From Octopus vulgaris (Eukaryota), in assembly GCA_951406725.2 (NCBI GenBank), contig OX597827.1:59272001-59336000 (forward strand): a stretch of DNA of 64,000 nucleotides, given 5' to 3'. Every line of letters begins with the position of its first letter. Within the stretch, counting starts at the first letter, position 1. Positions 1-13,203 of the stretch are shown here, one piece after another. The position numbers and the translations under genes are program-made. The notes beneath the pieces are model-generated. The model made no database searches. It was not told the origin of the DNA and saw only the letters and a program-made list of their open reading frames with translations.

Positions 1-156
1 AGAATGAATTATGGTTTATAACATTACTATTATGGGAAATTATTGCTCTCCTTTATGAGTTTTTGCTTTACAAGCAGTCTCCAGGAACAAATTAATTTGT
101 GTGTGTGTTATATCAATTTTAATCATTTTTTTCTCTCTTTCTATTATTTGTTATAG

Positions 157-317
157 GAGGATTTGGCAAAAGACTTAATGGCAGAATTTAATCTTGGCTG
201 TAGAAGTTTTGATCTTGACCACAACTACCAACTTTATGTATCTACTTTTCTGGGTTTTGGGGCCAACTCTGCTCGTCGGCGTTATGAAGAAATGTTGCTA
301 AACGATGGGACTAACAG
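157..317 (+). CDS. ENTPD4: ENTPD4/7-like apyrase (GDA1/CD39 family), internal exon; the gene starts upstream of the window
   Basis: Acceptor ttatAG at 155-156 and donor AG|GTGTGT at 318. Translates EDLAKDLMAEFNLGC...YQLYVSTFLGFGANSARRRYEE, matching the ENTPD4/7 EFNLGC...YV.TFLGFGGN.ARQRYE block. Ends in phase 2. ENTPD4 and ENTPD7 cannot be told apart; likely a co-orthologue. Confidence 0.9.
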
Positions 318-728
318 GTGTGTAGATATTTATCTCTACCTGTCTGCATTACCAATATTGTGCAACACACCAATTAATCCTGATTCCTTGTTCAGTGAAG
401 TTTGTCAGTTTTTGATAAGTTAGTATGCTGTGGGGGGAAAAGGGGATACTGATCTTTCATTTGAAACAAAATAATTCTTTCCAGAAAAAGAAATTGTTTT
501 TTTTTTTTATTTCAGTCAACCCTGAAATACCTTCTCCCTCCTCTTCCCTATCTTTTCCTCCCCCAACATGTAAGGACTTATCCAAACTTTTAATTTTTGC
601 CAAAGCAGACCAAAACCAGTTTCCTTGACTTTAGTCTTTTTTGCACAAATTTTTGGGAATCTTGTTGGAAAATTAAAAATTTTTTCCTTATGCTGTTATT
701 AATTTCAGGTTAAGCCTGATTGGATATT

Positions 729-1000
729 CATCATCATACGTTTAACGTCATCTTTCCATGCTAGTATGGGTTGGACGATTTTGACTGAGGGCTGGCGAAC
801 CAGATGGCTGCACCAGGCTCCAATCTTGATTTGGCAGAGTTTCTACAGCTGGATGCCCTTCCTAACTCCAACCACTCTGAAAGTGTAGTGAGTGCTTTTT
901 ATGTGCCACCGGCATTGGGGCCAGTCAGGCGATACTGGCAATGACCTCGCTGAAATCCTTTTACACATGCCACCAGCACAGGTGCCAGTAAGGCGACGAT
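729..1000 (-). mobile_element. SINE with (GAT)n tail (family D). Other copies ~2055-2187, 19750-19920, 44040-44560, 46340-46570, 47727-48060
   Basis: Recurring catcatcat-cgtttaacgtc...ttccatgctagcatgggttggacgg...ctggatgcccttcctaacgccaaccactc motif. Confidence 0.75.
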
Positions 1001-1528
1001 ATTGATCAGGCAAATTATCAAACACATTAAAATCATAACCATACACTCTTTTTAGAGAGTATTGTTATGATTTGAATGTGTTAGATCTTTTCTACATTAG
1101 TCGGATACCCTGTGTGGTAGTTAAGAAATTTGCTTTCCAACTACATGGTTTGGGGTCCAGTCCCAATGTGCAACAACTTGGGCAAATGTCATCTGCAATT
1201 GCCTCAGGTTCACTAAATCTTTCATCAACATTTAACATCCACCTTCCATGCAGGCATGGGTTGGACGGTTTGACACACACAAGCATACATTCACCAACAC
1301 ACACACACCCACACATATTGCAGGCTTCTTTCTGTTTCATCTATCAAATCCACTCACAAGGGAGTAATCGACTCAGGGCTATAGTAGAAGACACTTGCCC
1401 AAGGTGCCCTGCAAACTTCTTAACCACACCTATGCCTATTAACCCAGAAAAAAAAGGAAATTGGTCAGTAACAGCAGTATATATTTAAACTTTGTATCTT
1501 TATTTTATTTTTTTTTTTATCCTTTTAG

Positions 1529-1853
1529 CTCTCAAGGCTTTGACAAACTGAGCCCTGTTCCTGACCCTTGTCTTCCATTGGGACTACTCTATACTTCTGC
1601 AACCAACACTCAACAAAAGACCTTTTTCATTGGGCTCGGTGACTATGCACTGTGCCGCAGGAACCTCTTTCCCCTGCTCAATGTCACTGTCCCCTGTCAG
1701 AAGAAACCCTGCTCTATGAACGGTATTTACCAGTCAGACATAAACTTCCACAACAGTGAATTTTATGGCTTCTCAGAGTTCTGGTATTCCATGGAAGATG
1801 TCTACCGCATTGGAGGGCACTATAATGCTGACATATTTGACAAGATCTCAATT
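1529..1853 (+). CDS. ENTPD4: ENTPD4/7-like apyrase exon
   Basis: Acceptor ttttAG at 1527-1528 and donor GTATGT at 1854; phase-compatible. Encodes DPCLPL...GLGDYALCRRNLFPLLN...CSMNGIYQSDINFHNSEFYGFSEFWYSMEDVYRIGG, with EFYGFSEF typical of ENTPD4/7. Confidence 0.92.
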
Positions 1854-2349
1854 GTATGTTGGACAATTTCTTTCTTCTTTATTTTCTGTCTTCTGTCTTT
1901 TTTTTTTTCTTTCATTTTATGTAACAAGTGATGAAGTAGGAGTGGTAGTACTGGTAGGGTGTTGGACAAAATAACATGCAGCATTTGTGTTAGCTGTGCA
2001 TCCTGAGTTTGGAACTCATTGGGGGTCGATAGTATTATTCATCCTTCAAGGCTCCTCATCATCATCATCATTTAGCGTCCGTTTTCCATGCTAGCATGGG
2101 TTGGACGGTTTAACTGGGGTCTGTGAAGCCGGAAGGCTTCATCAGGCCCAGTCAGATTTGGCAGTGTTTCTACGGCTGGATGCCCTTTCATAAAACTGAA
2201 ATCCAGTTATATTCTGGGATCAATTTAATCAACTGTACCACTCACCCAACTATGAGGCCTTGTGCCTATATAAGAAATTATTATGATATAAGCACCATAA
2301 TTTTATAAATGTAAGAGATTATTATTATTATTATTATTATTACTACTCT

Positions 2350-2830
2350 GGTAGAAGTAGGGATTCACCAAGTTTCAGTCCTCAGCCCCATCTTATTCAT
2401 CATAATCCTCCATGCAATAACACAGGAATTCAAGACATGCTATCCCTGGGAGCTCCTCTATACTGATGACCTTGCTCTAATAGCTGAGTCACTACCAGAA
2501 CTAGAGAAGTTTCAGGTGTGGAAATAAGGTCTAGAAAGGTCTTAGAGTCAATCTAGCAAAAACCAAAGTCTTAGTAAGTAGGAAGGCAGACAAATCACAA
2601 ATCCCTTCAGGTAGATGGCCCTGCTCAATCTGTAGAAAAAGCATAGGTAGAAACTCCATAAGATGTACTCAGTGTAAGCTATGGACACCTAAGAGGTGTA
2701 GCAATATCAAAGGAAGGTTAAATGGAAAGGTAGTTTTTGTGTGTGGCAGATGCACAGGGGCCATAAACACCGGCAATGTACAGAAAACAGATGCCATCAC
2801 ATGCCAAGAGGAAAAACTAAAAGTAGTTGA
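2350..2830 (+). mobile_element. Degenerate non-LTR (RTE-like) reverse transcriptase fragment in an intron
   Basis: VGIHQVSVLSPILFIII...PWELLYTDDLALIAESL...LRVNLAKTKVL (QG-SP and YADD-like motifs), with stops and frameshifts. Confidence 0.8.
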
Positions 2831-2916
2831 TAGTTTTAATACCTGAAAATATTTTTCACATTCTTTTTCTCCATTATCAATTTCTACAGAATATTTCTGT
2901 TAAATATATATTTCAG

Positions 2917-2999
2917 AAACACTGTTCTACAAGATGGGCCAAATTGGAAGAATGGTTCCTCAAGAAGCTTTATCCAAAATCTGATATTTTGCGTCTCAA
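2917..2999 (+). CDS. ENTPD4: ENTPD4/7-like apyrase exon
   Basis: Acceptor tttcAG at 2915-2916 and donor AA|GTATGT at 3000. Encodes KHCSTRWAKLEEWFLKKLYPKSDILRL(K); phases fit both neighbours. Confidence 0.88.
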
Positions 3000-3361
3000 G
3001 TATGTATCTCATTTTCTCCATTTTTTAAAAGTTTCAGTCATTGAATTCTTCTTCTTCCACTTTTTCTTCTTTGAAATTTCAATGATGTGATTGTTTATGA
3101 CCTTGTACAATGGGTGTGAGAGGCCAGATCTGGTTGAGTTGAACAGAAAGCAGGGAGAATATTTGGGTCGGATATGGATGGTTTAAAGGCTAAAGAGTTA
3201 AAGTTATGCATCTAGAAATTTTTTAATTGAGTGAAAATTTTTAAATTTGGTACGTTGATGCCGTTGAGAGGTAGGCTCCAAAATGGCGTGCATTCTCTCC
3301 TGATGACACTTACACTTGCTGGCTTCTGGTATGCAGAGCACTTGACTGGTTGCACTTGCAT

Positions 3362-3743
3362 ACTCTTTTACTCTCTTTTACTTGTTTCAACCATTTTACT
3401 GTGGCCATGCTGGAGCACCACCTTTAGTCGAGCAAATCGACCCCAGGACTTACTCTTTGTAAGCCTGGTACTCATTCTGTCAGTCTCTTTTGCCGAACCA
3501 CTAAGTTACAGGGACGTAAACACACCAGCATTGGTTGTCAAGTGATGTTTGGGAGACAAACAAAGACACACATACATATATACAGGCTTCTTTCAGTTTC
3601 TGTCTACCAAATCCACTCACAAGGCTTTGGTTGGCCCGAGGCTATAGTAGAAGACACTTGCCCAAGGTGCCATGCAGTGGGACTGAACTCGGGACCATGT
3701 GGTTCGTATGCAAGCTACTTACCACACAGCCACTCCTACGCCT
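3362..3743 (-). mobile_element. tRNA-headed SINE (family A). Other copies 13503-13870(+), 18389-18763(+), 47506-48740 (cluster), 49745-50168(-), 51318-51725(+), 52726-53125(+)
   Basis: Shared consensus GGCGCAGGAGTGGCTGTGTGGTAAG...GGTTCAGTCCC...CCTTGGGCAAGTGTCTT...CAAATGACTGAAACAAGTAAAAGAGT, with A/B-box-like head. Confidence 0.85.
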
Positions 3744-4684
3744 GTGCAAGTTGTTTGCAAAACATGTAATTCTTGTTGCTGAATTTGAATTTGGTATTCA
3801 TTTATTCCCAGAAAGATTTGGGAAAATCTTACAGCGGTTCAAAGTTTCATAGTTTTTTAATCCAATCAGGAAACACGAATCAAATGTTGTGCATGTTCTG
3901 TGTGATGACTGCCTGTTCACAAAATGACAGGCAGAAATAACAAACAACAGGCACAAAATATCGCTTGTCAAAAGTTGAGGTAGTGATTGTGTCACTGCTG
4001 CACCAAGTACAACATCCCTGTTACAATGAAATCAGGGCAGACTACAGTTTTTCTTATTACTATGAAAACAGACACCAATGTGAGATTTATGGTCATGTGT
4101 ATAAATGCTGATTTTTAATTGGTTAAAATTCCACAAAATTTGGAAACTTTAAATGTCATTAACTTTTTATTTATTAATTTATGGCAAAAATAAATTTCAT
4201 TTTTGAAATTAGCATTCAAAACTAAATCGGTGAACCAAATTTGAAAACAATTGGAACAAAATTGAAAATTTTTTAAACCTATGACAGTGACCAAAAGGTC
4301 TCTAAAAGTCTTATCAAGAACAGACTACTGTTCTGTCCTGAAAGGTCCTTAATCCCTTATCTGCTTAAAAATGAACCCTTTAGCATTCAAACCGGCCATA
4401 TTTGGCCAAAATATTTAACCTGTTTTATATTGAAACTGACCAGATCTCACCTCTCACCTCAGCCCTACCATGTCATTCTAAAACTAAAAAAATCACATCA
4501 CTGAAATCTCTAAACTACAAGATAATGCATGATTAATTCAAACCATTTTAAATAAACAAACATCACATTTGACAGAATAATCTGAACACTAAAGGGTTAA
4601 GGAAAAAAATATGTTATATGGATCAGTTTTATGATTCATTGTACTCTATGGAAGTTGTGTCATAGTATTAACTTTGTCTTGTAG

Positions 4685-4846
4685 GTTGCAGTGTTTCAAA
4701 GCGGCATGGATGTCTCTGGTTCTTCACGATGGCTTGAAGTTTCCAAGGACTTACCGCCATTTCTACTCCACACAGAAGATTGATGGTAAAGATGTCCAAT
4801 GGACACTGGGTGCCCTCATTCATCGCACAAGATATCTACCTCTCAG
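4685..4846 (+). CDS. ENTPD4: ENTPD4/7-like apyrase exon with the ACR5 motif (missing from the ORF track)
   Basis: Acceptor tgtAG at 4683-4684 and donor AG|GTAAGT at 4847. Encodes LQCFKAAWMSLVLHDGLKFP...KIDGKDVQWTLGALIHRTRYLPLR; QCFK.AW and VQWTLGA...RTR.LPLR are diagnostic. Confidence 0.93.
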
Positions 4847-5056
4847 GTAAGTCCGTCTAGCCCATACTTTCAAAAAAAAAAAAATGTTTTGTCTGGTGGA
4901 AAGGAATCAACATTGATTTCATTAATTGCAACAAGATCTTAAGGGGAAAGATACAGTCACAATCAACTATGCTGTATCATTCTCTCAACTTTCTAAGTCT
5001 TGGTTGATCAAATTCCATCACTGACATTTAAAAGTTCACAGTTGCTGAATTAATAC

Positions 5057-5270
5057 TGGTTTCAAATTTTGGCACAAGGCCAGCAATTTTGGGAGAGGGT
5101 CTAAGACAATTACATCAACCTAGTGCTCAATTGGTACTTATTTTATTGACCCTGAATGGGTGTAAGTCAATGTTGAGTCTGGCTGAATTTGAACTCAGAA
5201 TATAAAGACAAGCGAAGTGCCTCTTAGTATTTTGCTCATTGTGCTCACAATTCCATCAGCTTGCCACCTT
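5057..5270 (-). mobile_element. SINE with Nin/Deu-like central domain (family B). Other copies 20113-20347, 32742-32958, 41011-41420 (two), 50993-51152, 58940-59395 (two, -), 59552-59884, 62488-62710(-)
   Basis: Shared GAGTTCAAATTCCGCCGAGGTCGACTTTGCCTTTCATCCTTTCGGGGTCGATAAATTAAGTACCAG core. Confidence 0.8.
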
Positions 5271-6500
5271 AGTTGCTGAATTTAACATTGGGTATTCTTA
5301 ACACACAAATTTGTGTGTGTTTAGGAGAACAACTTTTCCTTTAAATCTGTACTAAAAACTGTTCTAGTTCCATCTACCAGATGAACAAAGAATATTGCTC
5401 AGAAATAATGAGGATATATATGGCTGTCAATGAATGACATACAAGAACAAACATTGACAGAATTCTTTTCATTGTGCATCAATGATGACTTTACACAAAT
5501 ATTACTTTATGCTGAAGTACCCACTTGAAACAGTAGTAACAAAGAATGGTAAAGAAGAAAGAAGAAAAAAAGGTTGAAGGCCATTTGAACATTTTCAAAG
5601 AAGAAACACTTAGTCATGTTTATGTTGTCCCACCAAAGGCAGGAGAACTGTATCATTTAAGAATTTTATTGCATTAAGTTCAAAATAGTAATTTTTCCTT
5701 TGCCGCCATGTATTGACATTTTCAACTCGGAGTGGTTATGACCCAACGGGTTATGGATACATCTAGTATATATATATAAGAATATAAAAATAAAATAAAT
5801 GTTTCCTTCTCAAGCCATGCCAGGCTACTGAGGGCTGTATATATTCCCCACCTGGATGGGATGCTGGTCCATCACAAGATTGCTCATTTTTGCCAGCTGA
5901 GTAGGCTGGAGCAACGTGAAATGAAATGTCGCCTGGTCCAGGAATCGAAATCATAATCTTTTGATCATGAGTCCAACACACTGACCACTAAGCCACATGC
6001 CTCCACTATATAAGAATAAGACAGCAGAAAATAGTTGAAGATTGAACTTATGAGAACTTAATGTCAAGCAAAAATGAAAGATGAGTTCAAATGTGTGACT
6101 GTTTCAAAATTATATATCATTTTTGTGTGGTGGTGGTAGTAGTGATGAAGGTCTAATTATGAAGATCATTTTCTGTAGCCTGGTCTAGTCATTGCTGACA
6201 ATGGGCTATATACATAACAATATTAACTCAGACCAATCAGGCAGCCTCTGGGCAGTCGTTTAACCTGGTGAACTTATCTCTTGTAAATCATAGAGCTTAT
6301 TGTCTTAAAAATAAAAATGAGGACATTGGATCATTTAATTCTTGATACTCTATGCCTGACAAAAAAAAGAAAGACAGAAGTCATGCTTATGTTTGAATAA
6401 TAATAATGCCACACTAGTAGGGCCATTGTAATAACCAAGTGCACACTATGAAAATAACCATCATAATCACCATTGATATGTATTTTAATTTATTTTGCAG

Positions 6501-6891
6501 AGAAATCGAGCAGATGTCCCCGCATCAGAAAGGCCATGCCTCCAACTGGAATTTCAACCATTCTTACCACTTCTACTATGAATATCTGATTGTGCTCTGC
6601 TTTCTGATAGTGGCAATGGCAGTCATTTTCTACCTGCGCCAGTTGCGGCACCTCCGCTCCCTCTCCTCTATGCCACTGTCACCACAGCCCCCGCCTTCGT
6701 CACTCCACGACTCCTCTTTGTCATCCACCCCGATTGCACTCAGCGCCGGTTTCGGCGGCAGCACAACTTTGAACCGGGTGTCTTCGTCATCCTACTTCAT
6801 GCTGGACGAGTCCTCACCTTCCGGTGGCAAATCTCTTTCAAAGGGAGATTCCACGGGAGGGATCTACTTCAAAAGCTCTGACTATTCTTGA
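6501..6891 (+). CDS. ENTPD4: ENTPD4/7-like apyrase terminal exon (C-terminal TM helix plus Ser/Pro-rich tail)
   Basis: Acceptor ttgcAG at 6499-6500 continues LPLR-EIEQ. Hydrophobic stretch YLIVLCFLIVAMAVIFYL is followed by RQLRHLR; stop TGA at 6889-6891. Confidence 0.9.
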
Positions 6892-7755
6892 CAACAGTAT
6901 CAGCATAACTAAGAATTAACAACAACACATTTAAAGTTTCTCCTCCTGCTGCTGCTGTTGCTGCTACTGCTGCTTTCCCTCTCCACCCTCTCCACCTCAT
7001 TCCCACCATCACTACCACCACCATCATCATCACCATCAACGACTCACCACTGCTGCATCTATTTATAAAGTAGTTTCTGCAACTGCACTCCAACAGAAGC
7101 GCAGCGGCTGCAGACAATAACAACATCAGCAACTACTATTACTATTACTACTACTACTACTACTACTACTGTTTATGCAATAGCTACTACTATAATTGTC
7201 AAATATCGGCAACAACAAAAGCAACTATTAAAAGGAGCTTTATATACTACTACTACTACTATTACTATAATTACTTCTACTACTACTACTACTACTACTA
7301 CTATTAGAACATTGGTGACCTTCACCTCTCTACCTCTCTTAGATGATTTCATAAGCAATTGGTTATCTTACTAAAAGTGGAAATAAACCTGTCACCGATG
7401 TTGTTGAAGACAAAATAATAGTGTGGAAACGTGTGGGGAAGGATCATTTGGTGGCATTGATGGGCCTTTGATGGTGAGAAAGGTTGTGATGGTGGGCATG
7501 TGTATATATATATATAAATATATATACATGTGTGTTTGTATGAGTATGTATATATGTGTGTGCGTGTGTGTGAAATACTAACATTTTTTAACATGAAGTG
7601 CTGTTAGACATGCGTGCACACATACACACACACACAAGGTATATGCATGAATATACAATAAAGATCTGGATTTCTTTTTCCCTATTGAAGAACATTTATA
7701 CACATACATTAGTGAAAAATATGTGTATATGTATGTGTGTTGTATTTTATATATA

Positions 7756-7798
<43 letters not shown>

Positions 7799-10700
7799 GT
7801 GTGTACAAACATGCACACATACACACACACACTCAGCCACCTTTATGCATATAGTGGGATATTAGGGCATTTGTATGTGTGTGTATATATACGCATATAA
7901 ATTGTTGGGGTATTGGTTCTATGAAGTTTAAGTTTTATTTACTGTTGGGTTGTTGTGTCTGTGATATATATATTTGTGTATGTGTGTATGCGTATGTGTA
8001 TATATGCACTGGTGAAATGCAAATACTGTATAGTGTATATTATACTCTAATTTTTTAATGACAATTGTGTGTGTTTGTGTGACAGAGAGAGAGAGAAAGA
8101 GAAATCACGATCAATATATGTTAATCTGTATTTCTCCTGTCGTAGTGTATTGAATAACCAACTTGAAAGTGATAACAAATGTTTTACAAAATATTTTAAA
8201 AAAAAAACAAAAAACACTCCCCACCTTCCTTTCCTGAATACTGTTTTATTTAAAATATCAACTGTTAGATGTAGCCTGACTATTCAGATGAGAAAGCGAA
8301 GTTAGAGATGTGGAGATAAACAACTGGGTTGGCTTTAATTAGGGGGTTGAATTTCAATGATCACATGAGAAACTTTGTATAGTATTTATATCAGGATGCT
8401 GATAGGATAGCTATCGGTATTTTCTTGTAACTAGAGTTACTGGTCACTACATCGATACAGCAACAGACTTAGTGATCAGAATAATTGAAAATTTGTATCT
8501 TGTCATCAGCACTGCACAGTGTCCATTTATCGTGACTCTTAGCAGTCCACATGGCTTTAAATAGGTATCAAGGGTATCACTGCTAAATAACAGCAGAGCA
8601 TAATTGATTTATTACATAAGTACAAGTCCACAAAGATAGGGGGGAGGGGATAATTGATGGAGTTGATTCACAGTCCTCAATTACTACTTGTTTTTATTGA
8701 CCCTGAAGGGAAGACAAAGTGGATTTAATAGTTTATTGATTGACCCTAGTGTAACATTTTTCTTTAAAACTAGTAATCACAGAGAAATTAGCTAGCAATC
8801 TCTTGAGTTACCTTGAGGTTCTATGTCTGATATGCTTGCAATCATTGAAGCAATAAAAGCATCTGCTAGAAAGGCTGGCAAAATATAGACAAAAGTAACT
8901 AAAAAGAGACTTCTTGGGCAAGTATTTTATACCATAGCCTGGGGTTAACCAAAGCCTTGTGGGTAAAAATTAGCAGAGAGAAAAGAAATAGAAACCCATC
9001 ATTAACATCCTCCACTGAATCATTGAATAACTTTAGCAGAGTCTCCTCTCTTGCAAGCTTTCAAGCCTGGCCTCTGGGGATATCTTGCCTTGTTAGCACC
9101 TGTCTCAGGGGCTCTGAAAAGGGTCATGGATACTACATTTCCTCCTTTCAAGTTGTCATTTAAAGTCATTTGTTTCACCATGGAGAAAATGGTAAAAAAG
9201 AAATTACTGTATTGAAGGTATAAAAGACACATTAGCATTTTAAATAGATACATCCCAATTTCAGCAGCACTTATTTAAGATGAAAGGGGAGTGTTATGGA
9301 TAAAATTAGCTTCTGGGAAGCTATAAGACCCTGAAGGATTTTTTTAAACAACTTTTTGGGTGGGGGTGAAAAAGTGCAATTTACATACATCCAATACGGT
9401 TATGAAATCAGAGTAAGATAAATGTGTTACCTCAGTGATTAATACAAAATATATTCTTCTTGGAGTTTACATCTCCCTCTTTTAGAAAAAAAGAAAAAAA
9501 ACTTTTTTTATACATATTAAATTTTAATGTTGTAATAGATGTCAAATAATTCGTAATACTTCTTAGATTTTAGAATGCAGGGAAATATATTGGCTAAAAC
9601 TGGCTAACCTTGCTTCCTTATTGATAACTTCTGTATAGCATCTAGATTCAAACCACTGTTTATAAAGTAGCAGTTTTCAACCGGGGTCCATATGGACCTT
9701 GGGGGAAGGGGGTCTCCATAAGCAAAATAGTAAACTGGCGACCCACAGTAATATTTTAAGGGTCCATGAAAAAATTTTGCTTTAGATGTATTTATTGCAG
9801 GAGACAGCTAAGTTTCTTTCTCTATTATTCTGCACAGTTTAAAATATTTATGGTCACTGAAACATGTTCTCTGAGATAGTGATATACCACTCCTACACAA
9901 GGGAATGTGTGAAAAACAAAAGAATTTTGAAAGAATTATCTATAAAACTAGTTTTTAAACATTGAATGGCTATGGGGGTACACCAGAATACGATAGTAGT
10001 GAAAGGTTGAGAACCCCTGTTATAAAGCATGAGCGTATTTAATGATCTAAGCATTAAAAAAAAGGCTGGAGTACACAAAACAATAATTATTAGTTAATGG
10101 CTCATTTCTATTACTTTTGACAAACAAGGAAGACAACTCCGGACACATCTTCACCTTGTGGAACTACAGTACGATTTTTCCATAAATTGCTCTCGTGTTA
10201 GTGAGCCAATTGCTAAATAAACATTACTTAATCGTGCATTTGTAGATATCGATTTAAAAAATATTCATATAGAATACCATCCGAGTAATAATTAGCTATA
10301 TTGGTAAGGGCAAAACTGGTAAAAAAAAAAAATGACAAAATATCTCCATTGACATGAACGGGAGACAATTCTGAATTGCCTAGCTCCACACGTTTTGTTG
10401 ACAGATTAACTTGAAATCATTTCATTACATTTTATTTTTTAAAAAAATTTTACAGCCATCATTATTAATTAGATTGTTCTTAAAATCCAGACATTGGATA
10501 TTTTTTTTTTTTGAGCAAGCCATTTATTAAGTGTGCTTATTTGTTGTCTTCTCCGGAACTTTTAAAATTGCCAGTCAGAAAGATAATACAATTGTACTAA
10601 TTATTATCTTTTTGTCTTCTCAACCAGTATAACTAAGGGTAGTTATGAACCCAAGCGGGAACCTCTCTGAAATTGTTCGAAGAGATCTCCCTCAAAATCT

Positions 10701-11471
10701 TGCCTTACCATCTTAAGAATAATTACACATGGAATAATTTGATCAAATGGACCGTGACAAGGAAAGGTATGGGATGATCACAACAGGAATGCATTTGATC
10801 ATAAGCCTACTAGATCAAGGCTGACCTAGTGATAAACTACAGCTAAAGTTGATTAAATTCTTGGCTCAAGTCTCTTAAGCAGTGTCTCTTTCTTTACTGA
10901 AACTCGTGTATGTTTGTTTTTAAGTTTTAAGGGGATTAACATTCCTGATACAGTAGGTGCAACTGCATAGTTCAATCCTGTAGTGTAGCACTTTAATGAA
11001 ATGTTTTCTATCATAGCACCAGGTTGATCAATGCTTTTTATGTGGTAATTTTGTTGAGAGAAACTACAGAAGTCTGTTACGCCCCTGCCCTTCTCAAAAT
11101 TCCTTGCCTTGCGAGTTACCTGGTGACATGTAAAAAGCATCCAGTCCACACTTAGTTGTGGTTGGCATTTGGAAGGGCTTCCAGCTGTAAAAATCATGCT
11201 AAAACTAACCTCACCTGTGCTAGTGCCACATAAAAAGCACTGGTGCTAGGAAGGGCTGTAACTTAGTGGTTTGGCAAAAGAGACTGATAGAATAAGTACT
11301 AGGCTCACAAAGAATAAGTCCTGGGGTCAATTTCTTCGACTAACACCCTTTAAGGCAGTGCTCCAGCATGGCCACAGTCAGATGACTGAAACAAGTAAAA
11401 GAATACATATACGTGTGTGTGTGTATATAGATTTGTATTGTAATATATGGATTCAGAGAATTATTAAATAG

Positions 11472-11604
11472 ATGTCCAGTCATAGAGTGACCAATGGTTT
11501 TGCGTCCATAAATCACTTAGCTTTATAGACCACATGTCTCTGCCATTACAGTCTGACAAGTCATCTATAAAGTCAATCACTTTATGGATGCAGAACCAGT
11601 AGTC
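11472..11604. mobile_element. Small palindromic MITE-like element
   Basis: Arms ATGTCCAGTCATAGAGTGAC / GTCACTCTATGACTGGACAT, with imperfect pairing over about 55 bp. Confidence 0.6.
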
Positions 11605-11692
11605 ACTCTATGACTGGACATATTTAACTGCATGTAAATACATTAGTGCTCTATCGTTTAGAGTGTGCTTTTTAGTTTCATATATATATATA

Positions 11693-12082
11693 CTAGCAGT
11701 ATTGCCCGGCGTTGCTCGGGTTTGTAAGGGAAATAACTATATAAGCATTTTTAGAGATGTAAAGTATAATAGCCATCTCCATATGGCTAACCACAAAGGG
11801 GGGTTACTGTAGCTTTTTACGTTCTGAGATTTAATAATAAATTTTTAGAGAGTTACTTCCCTTATATATGCCAAAAATGCATTAAAAAATGGGAAAAATT
11901 TATGGTAAATTTTTTTTAAATCATAGACTCATCGTAGACGCGCGCTAATACCCAGAAGGGCTCGATATGAATCACGACTATAAGATACCGGGTTTTGGTT
12001 AAACTGCACCGCAAAATGTGGGAGTAAGGAATTTAAATCGTAGGAGACAGACAGCATACAACCTCTCTTTTATATATAAAGA
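11693..12082 (-). mobile_element. Non-autonomous Helitron
   Basis: On the - strand: A|TCTTTATATATAAAAG...CCCGAGCAACGCCGGG hairpin...CTAG|T, no TSD. Related copy at 33633-34009. Confidence 0.85.
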
Positions 12083-12090
12083 TATATATA

Positions 12091-12167
12091 TAGGGCGTCC
12101 ATAAATTATCTTTACAACTTCCAAACTTTTAATCTCAATATTGTAAAGGGACTTTATGGACACCCTG
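12091..12167. mobile_element. Tc1/mariner-type mini-MITE
   Basis: TIRs tAGGGcGTCCATAAA / TTTATGGACACCCTG, flanked by TA. Confidence 0.6.
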
Positions 12168-12772
12168 TATGATCCACTGACGATATGTGTATATGTATGT
12201 ATGTATGTATGTGTATATGTATGTATGTATGTATGTATGTGTATATATATATATATATACAAACATCTACATTTATGCATGCTTGACAATCAGTGTTGGT
12301 TTGTTTGTACCTCAGTAACTTAGCAGTTCAACAAAATAGAATAATTACCAGACTTACAAAAACACAACCTACTATAATTTCAGAGCTGTACCCCTAGCAT
12401 AGCCATAGTCCAATGACTGAAACAAATTAAAAATAACAGATAACTGATAAGTTTGATATTCAAAATATAATGCTTGTTGGTGATTTATTCTATCCACAGG
12501 GAGAAATACAGAGACATTTATTTGCAATTGTCACTATACAGTGATGGCTGTGATGTGTTTTGGAAAAAAAAGGCTTAACTTCAATTATGTTATAATTATA
12601 GTAGAGAATGAACGCTGTGTAAATGCATAATTAATGACCAGATTTGAATAAATTACCAAGTTAGCTCTGTTTATGCAAATTGAACTAATCAAGTCAGCAA
12701 ACTCATAATATATTTTTGCATATATCTGTATGTGTATGTTCCTTTTATATAATGAGACGTGTAATCGAGTGT

Positions 12773-12774
<2 letters not shown>

Positions 12775-12826
<52 letters not shown>

Positions 12827-12963
12827 ATGTATATATATTTATTTATATATATATATGTGTATGTATATATATATATTTATTTATGTATATATATATATAT
12901 ATGTGTATGTATATATATATATATATGTGTATGTATATATATATATATATATATTTATTTATA

Positions 12964-13001
<38 letters not shown>

Positions 13002-13009
13002 CATACATA
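12775..13009. repeat. (TA)n/(TG)n compound microsatellite
   Basis: Seen directly; it generates spurious YI/CV ORFs. Confidence 0.95.
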
Positions 13010-13203
13010 CATGGGGGTGCTGAAAAGTTCCTCGCTTTGGTAAAAGAAAATACAGGGAGATCAGTTAACTAAATATATTCCCCTCTCAGATTCATACACT
13101 TATTGCAGTGGTCCTTCAGTTTTTTTAAGCCTCAGAGGGTTAGGTCTTCAACCAGGCCTTTTTACAATACCCTTAAAGCCAGGAACTTTTCAGCACCCCT
13201 TCA
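13010..13203. mobile_element. Mariner-derived MITE
   Basis: TIRs GGGGTGCTGAAAAGTTCCT(C/G)GCTTT / AAAGCCAGGAACTTTTCAGCACCCC, flanked by TA. Confidence 0.7.

Noticed and set aside
6869-7358. Hydrophobic poly-V/A/M ORFs on -
   Set aside because: Trinucleotide repeats (GCT, CAC, CAT, TAC) in the probable ENTPD 3' UTR.
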